Positions 32,569 to 43,529 are shown, counted from the stretch's first letter. The stretch: 55,476 nucleotides of DNA from an uncultured Ruminococcus sp. (GCA_902762395.1 CACWOA010000001.1:1-55476); one strand, 5' to 3'. Numbers and translations are program-made. The notes: generated by a model not told the origin, from the letters alone.

Positions 32569-34511
32569 CCGACCGTATTGTCATCGGCGGCGTCGGTCAG
32601 CCATGAAATGTCATGTTCCTTGGTCACTTTGTATTTGCCGTTTTTGAAATTCACCGAGTAGTCCTTGAAATTCTTTCCGTTGAGGGTGACATTGACCACC
32701 TGTGTGCCGGAACCGGTCAGCTTGATGGAATAGCTGTTCTGCGAGGCAAGGGAAACTTTCGCCGCCTTGATGGAAACGCCGTCGAGGAATACCTCAATGG
32801 TCACATCCTGCGTGCTGTTTTCGGGAAGTTCAATTTCCATCGACACGGTGGAAGCAGGCGCTTTGCCGTTGCTGATGGTGAATTTGACGACGGTATCCTT
32901 GGTCAGCTTGGTGCCGAGAGAGGGTTCCTGCGAAATAATGGTGCCTTCCGGCTTGTTGCTGTCAACGCTCGTCGCGTCCGCCACCGTAATGCCCATGGAG
33001 GTGAGCTGGCTCTTGGCTGTCACATACGGCATATTCACAAAGTTGGACATCACCAGCTCTTCGCTCTTGGAACCGAGGCTGTAGTAAACCTCGATCACAT
33101 CGCCCACCTGCACTTCCTCACGCGGCTGGGGATTGGTATTGCACACGATATCCACCGGAATCTGGTCATCATACACCGGCATTTCGATATAAGCAAGTCC
33201 CTGCTGCGTGAGAAGCTGGGTGTACTGCACAAAGGTCATATTCTGGTAATCCGGCACCATCAGGCGCTCGGGGCCCTGGCTGACATAGAGCACCACGCGG
33301 GAATTGGCATAAACTCTCTTGCCCGGCTTGGGAGTCTGCTCCATAATGACGCCCTGCGAGATCTCGCTGCTGAATTTCTCCACCGGCACGAATTCATAGC
33401 TATATTTGTCGCTCTGAATCACATCGTTATACACCTGACCGACAAAGTTCGGCAGCTCTGACTGCTCGCTGTTGTTCTTTTTGAGAATACCGCTCGCGTC
33501 AATAAAGATGACCACAAACACGATCGCCACCAGCACAAACGCCGTCGCGATACCGGTCAGTACGGGAATGACGGGGCTTTTGTACTCCTCCTCGGCGGCC
33601 GCCTCTGTCTTCTTGACGGTTTCCACCGCTTTGCGGTAACGGCTGTTGTCCTCGACAACATACCGATAGTCAAATTTAATGCCGGGGTTGAGCTTGAAAT
33701 TCTCGATATCTTCCAGCATCTCCGCCGCGCTCTGGTAGCGTCTGGCGGGGTCTTTCTGCATGGCCTGCATGGTGATTTCTTCCAGACCCACCGGAATGTT
33801 GGGATTGATCTGCCTCGGCATTTTTGGGTCGGCCTGTAACTGCATGACCGCCACGGACACCGCGCTGTTGGCTTCAAAGGGCAGCTTGCCTGTGAGCATT
33901 TCATAGAGCATCACACCCACGGAATACAGGTCGGCGCGCGCGTCGGTGACGGCGCCTCTCGCCTGTTCGGGGGCAATGTAATGCACCGAGCCGATGGCCT
34001 TGTCGGTGATCGTGCTGGTCTGGCTGTTGGCAAGACGCGCAATGCCGAAATCGGTCACTTTAATGCGGCCGTTGGGCAGCAGCATAATGTTCTGCGGCTT
34101 GATGTCGCGGTGAACGATACCCTTGGAATGGGCATGCATGAGCGCGCGCAGAATCTGCGTCGTGAAATGCACCGCTTCCTTGACGCGGACGACGCGCTGC
34201 TGCTCGATGTAATCCTTGAGCGAAATGCCGTCAATGTATTCCATGACGATGTATTGCAGCGTGGGGCTGTTGCACACGTCGAAGATTTTGACAATGTTCG
34301 GGTGATTGAGCAGCGCAATGGCGCGCGACTCATTGCGGAACCGACGGCAGAATTCCTCGTTGTCCAGATATTCTTCCCGCAGAATCTTGACCGCCACAAT
34401 CGCGCCGGTGTCAAAATCCTTCGCCTTATAGACCACGGCCATGCCGCCGTTGCCGACTTCTTCAAGAATTTCGTATCTTCCGTCCAGGACTTTTCCGATA
34501 TATTTATCCAT
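32565..34511 (-). CDS. prkC: PASTA-domain Ser/Thr protein kinase
   Basis: It has Hanks kinase motifs (GNGGMAVVYKA, HRDIKPQN, DFGIA, APE), a TM helix and three PASTA-like repeats. I prefer the ATG at 34511, which follows AAGGAG. The track start at 34523 is GTG. Confidence 0.93.
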   Translation of the reverse strand: MDKYIGKVLDGRYEILEEVGNGGMAVVYKAKDFDTGAIVAVKILREEYLDNEEFCRRFRNESRAIALLNHPNIVKIFDVCNSPTLQYIVMEYIDGISLKDYIEQQRVVRVKEAVHFTTQILRALMHAHSKGIVHRDIKPQNIMLLPNGRIKVTDFGIARLANSQTSTITDKAIGSVHYIAPEQARGAVTDARADLYSVGVMLYEMLTGKLPFEANSAVSVAVMQLQADPKMPRQINPNIPVGLEEITMQAMQKDPARRYQSAAEMLEDIENFKLNPGIKFDYRYVVEDNSRYRKAVETVKKTEAAAEEEYKSPVIPVLTGIATAFVLVAIVFVVIFIDASGILKKNNSEQSELPNFVGQVYNDVIQSDKYSYEFVPVEKFSSEISQGVIMEQTPKPGKRVYANSRVVLYVSQGPERLMVPDYQNMTFVQYTQLLTQQGLAYIEMPVYDDQIPVDIVCNTNPQPREEVQVGDVIEVYYSLGSKSEELVMSNFVNMPYVTAKSQLTSMGITVADATSVDSNKPEGTIISQEPSLGTKLTKDTVVKFTISNGKAPASTVSMEIELPENSTQDVTIEVFLDGVSIKAAKVSLASQNSYSIKLTGSGTQVVNVTLNGKNFKDYSVNFKNGKYKVTKEHDISWLTDAADDNTVG

Positions 34512-34535
34512 TCTTGTTTTCACTCCTTATCGCTT

Positions 34536-35264
34536 TCAGCAGTAAACGGCAACCGCCGTCACATTGTCGCCGCCGCCGTTGGCATTTGCTTTGTCCACCA
34601 GCTTGTCAACCGCTTCCTGGCCGCTGTATGAATAGAGTATCTTATACATTTCCCGTTCGTCCGCGTAATTGGACAAACCGTCGCTGCAAAGCAGGATAAT
34701 GTCGCCGTCTGTGACGGGGCACTCACAATAATCAATATCCAGCCTCGGCTTGACGCCCAGCGCACGGGTGATCAGATTTTTGCGGGGATGTACCCGTGCC
34801 TCCGCTTCGGTCAGCTCGCCGCGGTCCACCATCACCTGCACCACGGAATGATCGGTGGTGAGCTGCCGCAGATCGCCGCGCGCGTACAGATAGGCGCGGC
34901 TGTCTCCCGCATGAGCAATGTACGCCGTCCGGCCGCAGACAATGACCGCCACCACGGTGGTGCCCATGCCGCGCAGAGACAAATCCTCCTGCGCCTGAAT
35001 ATATACCTTGATATTGGCGGCGTTGATGGCACGCCCCAGCAATTCGCGCAATTCGTTGCCCGTCATGCCGCTCTCGTAGTTGGCGGCAATTCTCTCGGCA
35101 ATCTCCTGCACCGCCGTGCCGCTCGCCACGTTGCCGCCGTTGGCGCCGCCCATGCCGTCGCACACGATGGCCCAGACGTTGCCGTCGGCAAATGTGCCGT
35201 GAAGCGCCGCGTCCTGGTTGGAGCTTCTGACCATGCCGGTATCCGTTTTACTGAATATTTCCAT
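34536..35264 (-). CDS. prpC: PP2C Ser/Thr phosphatase partner of PrkC
   Basis: Its motifs are SKTDTGMVRSSNQD, VCDGMGG, CSDGLS and GGGDNVT. The ATG at 35264 follows AGGAGG and overlaps the rlmN 3' end by 17 nt. The longer track ORF N-terminus is improbable. Confidence 0.9.
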   Translation of the reverse strand: MEIFSKTDTGMVRSSNQDAALHGTFADGNVWAIVCDGMGGANGGNVASGTAVQEIAERIAANYESGMTGNELRELLGRAINAANIKVYIQAQEDLSLRGMGTTVVAVIVCGRTAYIAHAGDSRAYLYARGDLRQLTTDHSVVQVMVDRGELTEAEARVHPRKNLITRALGVKPRLDIDYCECPVTDGDIILLCSDGLSNYADEREMYKILYSYSGQEAVDKLVDKANANGGGDNVTAVAVYC

Positions 35265-36276
35265 CGGATTCCTCCTTTTGCTTGCGGCGCAGCTGACCGC
35301 AGGACGCGTTGATGTCCGCGCCCAAGGTTCTGCGGACAGTGGCGGTAATGCCCCGCGCCTCGAGTATCTTGATAAACTGTTGTATCTGCTTGGGGGATGA
35401 ACGCTCATAGGAATTTCCCTTTACCGTATTGACCGGAATGAGGTTGACATGACAGAGCATACCCTTTAGTTTCTGCGCCAGTTCACGGGCGCAGGCGTCC
35501 GTGTCGTTTTTCCCCTTGATAAGCGAATATTCAAATGAGATGCGTCGGTGGGTGGCCTCCGCGTATCGGCGGCAGGCTTCGAGCAGCTCATCGACCTTCC
35601 ATTTGTTGTTGATGGGCATCATCTCGCCGCGCAGTTCATCGTTGGGCGCGTGCAGTGAAATCGACAGCGTAAACTGCGGCTTCATCTCGATGAGACGGTT
35701 GATTTTATCCACCACGCCGCAGGTGGAAAGCGAAATGTGCCGCATACCGATGCCCACGCCGTCCGGATCGGAAACCAGCTCCAGAAAGCGCATGACGTTG
35801 TCAAAATTATCGAGCGGTTCGCCCATTCCCATAAGAACGATGTTGGATATGCGGATGTCGTTGTCCCGCTGCGCCGTGGTAATCTGTGACAGCATTTCGG
35901 AGGGGTGCAGGTTTCTGGCAAGTCCCCCCATGCCCGTGGCGCAGAATTTACACCCCATACGGCAGCCCGCCTGCGTGGAAATACAGATGGTGTAGCCGTG
36001 GTGATACTGCATGACAACGCTCTCGATGTATTCTCCGTCATGCAGGCGAAACAGGTATTTTATGGTACCATCATACGCCGAAACCAGCTTTTTTTCAATG
36101 GTTACGCCGTAGATGTAATAATTTTGTAACAATGTGCTGCGCAAATCCTTGGAAATATTGGTCATTTCGTCAAAAGATTCCGCGCCTTTTGCCTGGAGCC
36201 AGCCATACACCTGATCGGCGCGGAATTTCGGCAGTCCCAGCCCGCGGAAGCTCTCGACCATTTCAGGCTTGGTCAT
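35248..36276 (-). CDS. rlmN: 23S rRNA/tRNA (adenine-C2)-methyltransferase, radical SAM
   Basis: It has the radical-SAM CRMGCKFCATG motif, the N-terminal FRADQVYGWL and the C-terminal GADINASCGQL. Confidence 0.93.
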   Translation of the reverse strand: MTKPEMVESFRGLGLPKFRADQVYGWLQAKGAESFDEMTNISKDLRSTLLQNYYIYGVTIEKKLVSAYDGTIKYLFRLHDGEYIESVVMQYHHGYTICISTQAGCRMGCKFCATGMGGLARNLHPSEMLSQITTAQRDNDIRISNIVLMGMGEPLDNFDNVMRFLELVSDPDGVGIGMRHISLSTCGVVDKINRLIEMKPQFTLSISLHAPNDELRGEMMPINNKWKVDELLEACRRYAEATHRRISFEYSLIKGKNDTDACARELAQKLKGMLCHVNLIPVNTVKGNSYERSSPKQIQQFIKILEARGITATVRRTLGADINASCGQLRRKQKEESDGNIQ

Positions 36277-36331
36277 GGATTTGATGTCGGTTCTGCTTTC
36301 CAGATGCGTTCAGCTCCTTTTTATCTGTCTT

Positions 36332-37708
36332 TTATGTTTTTCTTCTCACGGCGGAAATAAAGAATCCGTCGGTATCCGCTATAAAGGGGAACACCGTGAG
36401 CATATAGTCGGGTTCGTCTATGACCCGTTCAATCCCCTCCGGCAGCGTCAGCGGGCAGGGTTCAAACGCGGGGTGCGTCTGTAAAAATGCCCCTATCACA
36501 TCCCCGTTTTCGGCGGGATGCAGCGTGCAGGTGGAGTAAATCAGCCGACCGCCGGGCTTGACCAGCTTTGCGGCATTCTCCAGAATCGCGGATTGCAGCG
36601 CGGGGAGCTGCCCGATTTCCTCCGGCGCTTTCTGCTTGATGTCAGGCTTGCGGCGGATGATGCCCAGCCCCGAACAGGGAACGTCGCACAGCACCAGATC
36701 GGCGCAGTCTGTTTCACCGTCTTCCGCCAGCGCGTCCCGCACCTGCGCCTTGATGCAGTGCAGTCCCAAACGGGTCGCGCCGTCCGCAATCAGCCTGACG
36801 CGATGGGGATGCAGGTCGCAGGCAATCACCTGCCCCCTGTCCTCCATCAGCTCCGCCAGCGTGAATGACTTGCCGCCGGGCGCGGCGCAAACGTCGTAAA
36901 CCACGTCGCCGCTTTTGGGGGAAGCAAGCAGACAGCAGAGCTGCGACGAACCGTCCTGCACATGGAATTCCCCCCGCGCATAGGGCGGCAATTCCCTCAC
37001 CGCGCCGGTGCTTTCCAGCAGCAGGCAGTCGGGCAGAATGCACGAAGCAGTCGCCTTCACGCCGCTGTCCGCAAAAGACGCTTGCAGCGCGTCGGATGTG
37101 GTTCTGACGGTATTCACCCGCGCAAAGAGGGGCGGGCGTTCCGCGAGAGTCGGGAGAATCTTCTCACAAATGTCATCGCCGTATGCCTTGCTCCACAATT
37201 CCGCCAGCCACACGGGGCAGGAATACCGCACGCAGAAATAGAGCAGCGGGTCTTTTTGCCTGTCGGGCAGACTGACCTGCTTGCCGTCGCGGATAAAGTG
37301 GCGCAGCACTCCGTTGATGAAGCCCGTGGCGCGGAACAGCTTCAATTGCTTCGCCAGCCTGACACTCTCGTTGACCGCCGCCGCGTCGGGCGTGTCGAGA
37401 AAGGCCATCTGATAAACAGCCATGCGCAGCAGGCAGCGGACTTCCGGTTCCAGCCGCGCGCTCCCTTTGGTATAGCTGCTTATAACATGGTCAAGGAAAC
37501 CGACGTTTTCGAGTACGCCGTAGACCAGCCTGGTGACAAACGCCTTGTCACGCGGCTCGAGCTTAGCGCCGCTCAAAGCCGCGTTCAGGGCGATCTGGGA
37601 ATAGCCGCCCTCGCCCTCCACGCGCATGAGCACCTTGTAGGCTGTCATGCGCGGATGGGGGGAAACAGGGGCAGGCTGCTTCCGGTTCGGACGTTCTGTC
37701 ATGGTCAT
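36332..37708 (-). CDS. rsmB: 16S rRNA (cytosine967-C5)-methyltransferase
   Basis: It has a NusB-like N-terminal domain, the SAM motif DVCAAPGGKS, and the catalytic motifs DVPCSGLG and YSTCT. An ATGA overlap joins it to the upstream gene. Confidence 0.9.
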   Translation of the reverse strand: MTMTERPNRKQPAPVSPHPRMTAYKVLMRVEGEGGYSQIALNAALSGAKLEPRDKAFVTRLVYGVLENVGFLDHVISSYTKGSARLEPEVRCLLRMAVYQMAFLDTPDAAAVNESVRLAKQLKLFRATGFINGVLRHFIRDGKQVSLPDRQKDPLLYFCVRYSCPVWLAELWSKAYGDDICEKILPTLAERPPLFARVNTVRTTSDALQASFADSGVKATASCILPDCLLLESTGAVRELPPYARGEFHVQDGSSQLCCLLASPKSGDVVYDVCAAPGGKSFTLAELMEDRGQVIACDLHPHRVRLIADGATRLGLHCIKAQVRDALAEDGETDCADLVLCDVPCSGLGIIRRKPDIKQKAPEEIGQLPALQSAILENAAKLVKPGGRLIYSTCTLHPAENGDVIGAFLQTHPAFEPCPLTLPEGIERVIDEPDYMLTVFPFIADTDGFFISAVRRKT

Positions 37709-38487
37709 CTTCTTCTGCTTCTGCCGCCGCTCACGATGAGGAAAATACGCAGCAGGCTGGCAAGAGAGGTAATCAGCGCCGCCACATAGGTCATAGCGGC
37801 TGCGGTCAGCACCTTGCGCACGCCCTTGGCGTCCTCATCGCTGGCGATGCCGAGCGAGCGGATCTGATTCATGGCGCGGGCGCTGGCGTTGAATTCCACC
37901 GGCAGCGTGACGAGCTGGAAGATGGTCACGGTGGAGTAGAGAATCACGCCGAGATAGGCAAGCCAGAGCATCTGGCTCAGCACCAGACCGATCAGAATGA
38001 GGAACATGGAAATGCTGGAACCGAAATTGGTTATGGGAATAATCGCGGAACGCACCTTGTTGGGGAAATAATGCTCCGCGTGCTGGATGGCGTGTCCCAC
38101 CTCATGCGCCGCAATGCCGATGGAGGCAATGGAGGTGCCGCTGTACACATCGGGCGAAAGATTGACCGTGTTGGTGGTGGGATTGAAATTATCGGTGAGC
38201 TGTCCCTGCACCATGGTGATCGGCACATAATTGAGTCCGTGGCTGTCGAGAATCATGCGCGCCGCCTGAGCGCCTGTCAAACCGCGTGAATTGGGAATTT
38301 TGGAGTATTTGTTATACGCCGACTTGACTCTCGCCTGCGCGATGAGGGCGATAATCATGGCGGGAATGACCAGCAGAATATAATAGTAGTCAATGCCGAA
38401 TCCGTAATAGCCGCCGCCGATCATCGCGTTGTTGGTTTCGCTGTAGCGCTGCGCGCCCTGCGCGAAAAGTGTCAATACTTCCAACAT
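37705..38487 (-). CDS. YugP-like membrane zinc metallopeptidase
   Basis: It has the HExxH motif (AHEVGHAIQH) flanked by TM helices, the pattern of the putative neutral zinc metallopeptidase family. Confidence 0.8.
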   Translation of the reverse strand: MLEVLTLFAQGAQRYSETNNAMIGGGYYGFGIDYYYILLVIPAMIIALIAQARVKSAYNKYSKIPNSRGLTGAQAARMILDSHGLNYVPITMVQGQLTDNFNPTTNTVNLSPDVYSGTSIASIGIAAHEVGHAIQHAEHYFPNKVRSAIIPITNFGSSISMFLILIGLVLSQMLWLAYLGVILYSTVTIFQLVTLPVEFNASARAMNQIRSLGIASDEDAKGVRKVLTAAAMTYVAALITSLASLLRIFLIVSGGRSRRR

Positions 38488-38503
38488 ATTTTATCCGTCC
38501 TTT

Positions 38504-39430
38504 CTATTGCAAAATCGTACCTGTTTCGATGGGGTGTCCTCTGAGATAATCCTGCGCGTTCATGCGCTTTTTCCCTTCCGCCTGAATTTCGAGAAGCGCC
38601 ACCGCCCCTTCCCCGCACTGCACGGTAAGCGGGTCGAGCGAGATGATTTCGCCGCACGCCGCCGTCTCGCTGCCCTGCGCCGCTATGGCGGAGCGGTGAA
38701 GTTTCAGCTTCTTGCCCTCCAGCACAGCGGTGGCCACCGGCCACGGAGAAAGTCCCCGAATCTGATCGTGAATTTCCTTCGCGCTTTTGTGCCAATCCAC
38801 CGCGCACAGTTCCTTGGTGAGCATTTTGGCGTAGCAGCTCTCGCTGTCGTCCTGCTTTTGGGGCGTAAGCGCGCCCTGTTCGAGCGCGGCGAGCGTATCG
38901 ACAATGAGCTTTGCGCCCATCAGGGAGAGCCGGTCGTGCAGCTCGCCCGCCGTTTCGTCCGGGTCAATTGCCGTCTCGCACTTCATGAGCATATCGCCCG
39001 TGTCAAGCCCCACGTCCATCTGCATGGTGGTCACGCCTGTCTTGGGCTGACCGTCAATGACGCTCCACTGAATCGGCGCCGCGCCGCGGTATTTCGGCAG
39101 CAGCGACGCGTGGACATTGATGCAGCCGTACTTCGGCGCTTCAAGGATTTCTTTGGGCAGAATCCTGCCGTAAGCGATCACTACCGCCACATCGGGCGAA
39201 ATGTCCCTGAAGATTCGCAGCGCCTCGCCGTCCTTCATCGTGGTCGGCTGATAGACGGGAATGCCGTGCTCCAGCGCCTTGACCTTGACGGGAGGCGGGG
39301 TCAGGTTGTAGCCTCTGCCCTTTGGCTTGTCGGGCTGCGAAAACACCGCCGCGATTTCATGCCCTGCCTCCAGCAGCGCATCAATCGCGGGCGCGGAAAA
39401 TTCCGGGGTTCCCATAAATATCAATCTCAT
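38504..39430 (-). CDS. fmt: Methionyl-tRNA formyltransferase
   Basis: It begins MRLIFMGTPEFS, with INVHASLLPKYRGAAPIQ. I prefer the ATG at 39430 over the track start at 39493. Confidence 0.93.
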   Translation of the reverse strand: MRLIFMGTPEFSAPAIDALLEAGHEIAAVFSQPDKPKGRGYNLTPPPVKVKALEHGIPVYQPTTMKDGEALRIFRDISPDVAVVIAYGRILPKEILEAPKYGCINVHASLLPKYRGAAPIQWSVIDGQPKTGVTTMQMDVGLDTGDMLMKCETAIDPDETAGELHDRLSLMGAKLIVDTLAALEQGALTPQKQDDSESCYAKMLTKELCAVDWHKSAKEIHDQIRGLSPWPVATAVLEGKKLKLHRSAIAAQGSETAACGEIISLDPLTVQCGEGAVALLEIQAEGKKRMNAQDYLRGHPIETGTILQ

Positions 39431-39495
39431 TGGAATGCACCTTCTTCCTTTGAAAAGAATACCTTTCTTTACTGTCTTGACCGAAAACGGCAAAA

Positions 39496-39996
39496 TTATG
39501 CTTCCTGTTCGTCTCCGTTTTCTTCTTCCTGCTCCTCCAGCTCGGAGGGATCCACCATGCGGATGACCTTGTCGATATAGAGGGTGCCGTCAAGATGGTC
39601 GGTTTCGTGGCAGGCGCAGGAGGCAAAGAGTTCCTCCCCCTCGATCTCGTACAGATCGCCGTAACGGTCGCGATAGCGCATTTTGACGTATTCGGGACGT
39701 TTGAGAATGCCCCACTGACCGGGGATGGAAAGACAGCCCTCCATGCATTCCCGCTCGCCCCGGCGTTCGATGATTTCGGGGTTAATCATTTCGATGGGAC
39801 CGTCGCCCATGTCGATGATAATAATGCGGCGGAGAATGCCCACCTGCGGCGCAGCCAGTCCGACGCCCTTCGCGTCCGCCAGCGTCTCTTTCATATCATC
39901 CAGCAGCGTCCACAGCTTTTGATTATATTCGGTCACAGGGCGGCATTTCTTGCGCAGAACGCTGTCGCCCTCCTTGACGATTTGTCTGAGTGCCAC
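39496..39996 (-). CDS. def: Peptide deformylase
   Basis: It has the motifs GVGLAAPQ, EGCLS and HETDH. The start is GTG, following AAAGGA. Confidence 0.93.
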   Translation of the reverse strand: MALRQIVKEGDSVLRKKCRPVTEYNQKLWTLLDDMKETLADAKGVGLAAPQVGILRRIIIIDMGDGPIEMINPEIIERRGERECMEGCLSIPGQWGILKRPEYVKMRYRDRYGDLYEIEGEELFASCACHETDHLDGTLYIDKVIRMVDPSELEEQEEENGDEQEA

Positions 39997-40078
39997 GGTA
40001 AATCAGTCCTTTCAATATAGATTCTATATATTCAGCGTTCCGGGCAAAAAAACGCTTCGTAATTTCACACTTCACATT

Positions 40079-42574
40079 TCACACTGATAAAGGGTTGAGG
40101 TCAGCGTAACAGATGATGTCCTTATAAGCGGGCAATCCGCCGAACTCACAGAGCAGCAGGTGCATCATCTGACGGAACCGTGCGTTGTTGCGGCACTTGA
40201 GAATGAGCTTGTAACGGTATCTGCCGCTGACCTTTTTGACCGCCGCCGGAGAAGGACCGAGCGCCTTGACGGGCAGATCGGCAAACGTCTCGCCCGTGTG
40301 TTGTTTGAGCAGCTCCAAAAACGCCGCCGCCGCGTCCGCCGTTTTGTCGTCGCTATCGCCCACAAACCCCACCATGCAGATATCGGCAAAGGGCGGATAG
40401 AGCATCGCCTTGCGGAGAATGATCTCGTTTTGGTAGAATTGTTTGTAGTCCTGCTGTGCCGCCATGTCGATGACGGGATTGTCAGGCGTCATGGTCTGAA
40501 TGATGGCGCGCCCCTTGCTGCTGCCGCGTCCGGCGCGTCCCACCACCTGCGTGAGAAGGGAAAAGGCGCGCTCATAACTGCGGAAATCGTCGCTGTAAAG
40601 GGTCTGGTCGGCAAGAAGTACACCCACCAGCGTGACGCGCTCGAAATTCAGCCCCTTAGCGACCATCTGGGTGCCGATCATGATGTCGTACTGTCCCGCG
40701 CCGAAGTCGCCCAATTTCCTGTCATAGGACGAGCGCCGCGTCATCGCGTCCGCGTCCATGCGCAGGATACGGGCTTCCGGGAAAAGCCGCGCCAGTTCTT
40801 CCTCCGCCTTCTGGGTGCCGTGTCCCGCAAATCGCAGGTGCGGCTGACCGCAGGAGGGGCAGACTTTAGGAACGGCGGCGGAATGTCCGCAGTAGTGGCA
40901 CATCAGCCGCCGGTTGTCGTGGTGATAGGTCATGGAAACGCTGCAATTCGGGCAGGTAATCACCTGATTGCAGGCGCGGCAGGAGACAAAGGTATTGAAC
41001 CCCCTGCGGTTGTTGAGAAGGATCGACTGCCTGCCGTTTTCCATATTGTCCCGCAATGCCTGATACAGGCGGGGACTGATAATGCCCTCGCTCACGTCCA
41101 TGCGCGAAATGTCAATCTTTTCCACATCGGGCAGAATCGCGCTGCCGTATCGCTTGGTGAGCACCTGGTAATCGTACTGTCCCGCGTCGGCGGCGCGGTA
41201 ATAGGTTTCGATGGAGGGCGTGGCGGAGGCCAGCACCAGCAGCCCCTTGTGATAGGCGCAGCGGAACCGCGCCGCGTCACGGGCATGATAACGGGGGGTA
41301 TTTTCGGATTTATAGGTGTATTCCTGCTCCTCGTCGATGATGACCAGCCCCAGTTCGGTAAAAGGGGCAAAGACCGCCGAACGGGTGCCGAGGGCGATCT
41401 GCGCCTGACCGTCCCGCACGCGTTTCCACTCGTCCATGCGCTGCGCCAGCGACAGTCCGCTGTGAAAGACCGCGACCTTGCTGCCGTAACGCTTGTGAAA
41501 TTTCGCCAAAGTCTGCGAAGTCAGGGCAATTTCCGGCACCATGACGATCACGCCCTTGCCGTCGCCCAGCACTTCGTCGATCAGCCGCAGAAATACGGAG
41601 GTCTTGCCGCTGCCCGTCACGCCGAACAGCAGCGAAACATGAAACGCTTCCTGACGGTAGAGCCGGTATAAATTTTCAAAGGCGGACTGCTGCTGCGGCG
41701 ACAGCACCACGCGGTTGTCAGTCGCGGGCGCCGCGTCGGCGTAAGGATTGCGGTAGACTTCCTCCTCATAGTAGCGAATCACGCCCTTTTTGGCGAGGGT
41801 ATCCACCACCGCCTGCGACAATCCCGTAAAGTAGCACAGTTCCTTGACAGAGGCAGCGCCGCCGTCCCGGAGAAGGCTCACGATCTCCCGCTGTTTTGAG
41901 GTCAGCTTCACGCCCTCCAGCCGTTCAAAGTCGTCGGACAGCACCGCCATTTTGATATTGGCATTTTTGATTTTGCGCACCGCGTCATCCAGACGCACCA
42001 GCCACCCCTTTTCCGCGATCTTGTCGGGAATGGCGGAGTTGGCGGGAAGATTGAGCATCTCGGTGATGTGGGCTTTCTCCAGCACCAGTCCGGGATGGTC
42101 GAGAAACATCTCTAAAATCTTCCGTTGCTGCGGCGTGATATCCTCCCGCCCCTCGATGGCCTCCGCTGTGAGCTGCGGCGACGCCTTATAGGTAGTCACC
42201 ACCCGCACATTGATGCCGCTGGGCAGCATGACCTTGGCCGCCTCAAAATAAGTGCAGTAGTAATTGTCGTGGAACCACTCCGCCATGCGCAGCATTTCCT
42301 CCGACAGCACAGGCGATTCGTCGGTCACAGCCGCAATCGGCTTGATCTTTTCGTAATCCGCCCTGTCGCACAGGGAGAAAATCACACCCTGCCGCGTCCG
42401 GCTGCCGCGTCCGAAGGGTATCAGCACACGGCAGCCCGGCACGGCGAGAGCGGCATATTCCGCGGGAACGGCATAATCAAACAACCGGTCAAAGCTGTAG
42501 GCGGTATTCTCCACCGCGACCTTTGCGTATGGAATGGCGGATTCCTCCCGGCTGACGCCTTCGACATCCTTCAT
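40079..42574 (-). CDS. priA: Primosomal replication-restart helicase PriA
   Basis: It has Walker A (GVTGSGKT), DEEQE and the Cys-rich Zn-binding insertion (CRACNQVITCPNCS...CHYCG...CPSCG). It is 831 aa. Confidence 0.93.
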   Translation of the reverse strand: MKDVEGVSREESAIPYAKVAVENTAYSFDRLFDYAVPAEYAALAVPGCRVLIPFGRGSRTRQGVIFSLCDRADYEKIKPIAAVTDESPVLSEEMLRMAEWFHDNYYCTYFEAAKVMLPSGINVRVVTTYKASPQLTAEAIEGREDITPQQRKILEMFLDHPGLVLEKAHITEMLNLPANSAIPDKIAEKGWLVRLDDAVRKIKNANIKMAVLSDDFERLEGVKLTSKQREIVSLLRDGGAASVKELCYFTGLSQAVVDTLAKKGVIRYYEEEVYRNPYADAAPATDNRVVLSPQQQSAFENLYRLYRQEAFHVSLLFGVTGSGKTSVFLRLIDEVLGDGKGVIVMVPEIALTSQTLAKFHKRYGSKVAVFHSGLSLAQRMDEWKRVRDGQAQIALGTRSAVFAPFTELGLVIIDEEQEYTYKSENTPRYHARDAARFRCAYHKGLLVLASATPSIETYYRAADAGQYDYQVLTKRYGSAILPDVEKIDISRMDVSEGIISPRLYQALRDNMENGRQSILLNNRRGFNTFVSCRACNQVITCPNCSVSMTYHHDNRRLMCHYCGHSAAVPKVCPSCGQPHLRFAGHGTQKAEEELARLFPEARILRMDADAMTRRSSYDRKLGDFGAGQYDIMIGTQMVAKGLNFERVTLVGVLLADQTLYSDDFRSYERAFSLLTQVVGRAGRGSSKGRAIIQTMTPDNPVIDMAAQQDYKQFYQNEIILRKAMLYPPFADICMVGFVGDSDDKTADAAAAFLELLKQHTGETFADLPVKALGPSPAAVKKVSGRYRYKLILKCRNNARFRQMMHLLLCEFGGLPAYKDIICYADLNPLSV

Positions 42575-42586
42575 ATCGGCTGTTTA

Positions 42587-42907
42587 TTACTCCTCGTTTC
42601 CGAAAGAGGCAAAGGGAAACGCTTCCGGCTGTGAGACACGCGCTTCCGCCGCGTCCGACACGTCCGCGTCGTCCGGGTCGTCGGCAAACAGATCGTCTTC
42701 CTCCGGTTCCTCAATGTGCTCGATCACGGCTCTGCCGTCCAGCAGACGGTCAATAACCATATTCACCGGTTTGCGGTAAAGCACGTCGTGATTGGATTCG
42801 GCTTCGTCGGCAATCTCTCTCGCCTTGCGGCTGATAGCGTTGACCAGCGAATAGCGGCTGTCGGACATCTCAAATACGTCGTCAATCGTTCTGTTCTTCT
42901 TTTCCAT
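42587..42907 (-). CDS. rpoZ: RNA polymerase omega subunit with an acidic C-terminal tail
   Basis: [25 protein letters not shown] aligns with the B. subtilis RpoZ N-terminus. I prefer the ATG at 42907, which overlaps the gmk 3' end by 26 nt. Confidence 0.78.
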   Translation of the reverse strand: MEKKNRTIDDVFEMSDSRYSLVNAISRKAREIADEAESNHDVLYRKPVNMVIDRLLDGRAVIEHIEEPEEDDLFADDPDDADVSDAAEARVSQPEAFPFASFGNEE

Positions 42908-43529
42908 AAGTAGCAAGCACCTCGTCGATTTTATATTCCACACGCAGACGGCTGTTCTTCTCCGCTTTGATAATGCTGAGAAGATCGTCCGCCGATTCCT
43001 CGATAATCTCGTTGACCAGAATGTAGTCGTACCAGCGCGCCTCGGGAATCTCGTTTTTGCCCTTGGCCAGGCGGTATTGAATCTTTTCCTCGCTGTCGCG
43101 TCCGCGGCTTCTCAGGCGGTATTCCAGTTCCTGAAAAGACGGCGGCAGGATGTAGACCGTCACGGCTTCGGGGTACTGCTCCAATACCTGCTTCGCGCCG
43201 TTGACGTCGATTTCGAGAATGACGCTGCTGCCCTGCGACAGCCAGCCCTCGAGCTTATCCTTGGGGGTACCGTAATACTCCCCGGCGTAGTTGTTGTACT
43301 CCACCAGATTGTTGTCCGCAATATTCTTTTCAAAATCCTCGCGGCTCACAAAATAGTAAGTTTCCCCGTCCACTTCGTTCTTACCGATGTCCCGCGTGGT
43401 CATGGAGACCGAAAGCTGCACATCCACTCTTGCTTCGTCCGCCTTTTCCAGCGCGCGGCTGACGACGGTGCCTTTGCCGGACGCGGAAGGTCCCGAAACG
43501 ATGACGATCAGACCTTTACTGTTGTTCAT
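42882..43529 (-). CDS. gmk: Guanylate kinase
   Basis: It has the P-loop [10 protein letters not shown] and the segment [23 protein letters not shown]. The ATG at 43529 follows GGAGAAGG. The longer track ORF is unlikely. Confidence 0.92.
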   Translation of the reverse strand: MNNSKGLIVIVSGPSASGKGTVVSRALEKADEARVDVQLSVSMTTRDIGKNEVDGETYYFVSREDFEKNIADNNLVEYNNYAGEYYGTPKDKLEGWLSQGSSVILEIDVNGAKQVLEQYPEAVTVYILPPSFQELEYRLRSRGRDSEEKIQYRLAKGKNEIPEARWYDYILVNEIIEESADDLLSIIKAEKNSRLRVEYKIDEVLATYGKEEQND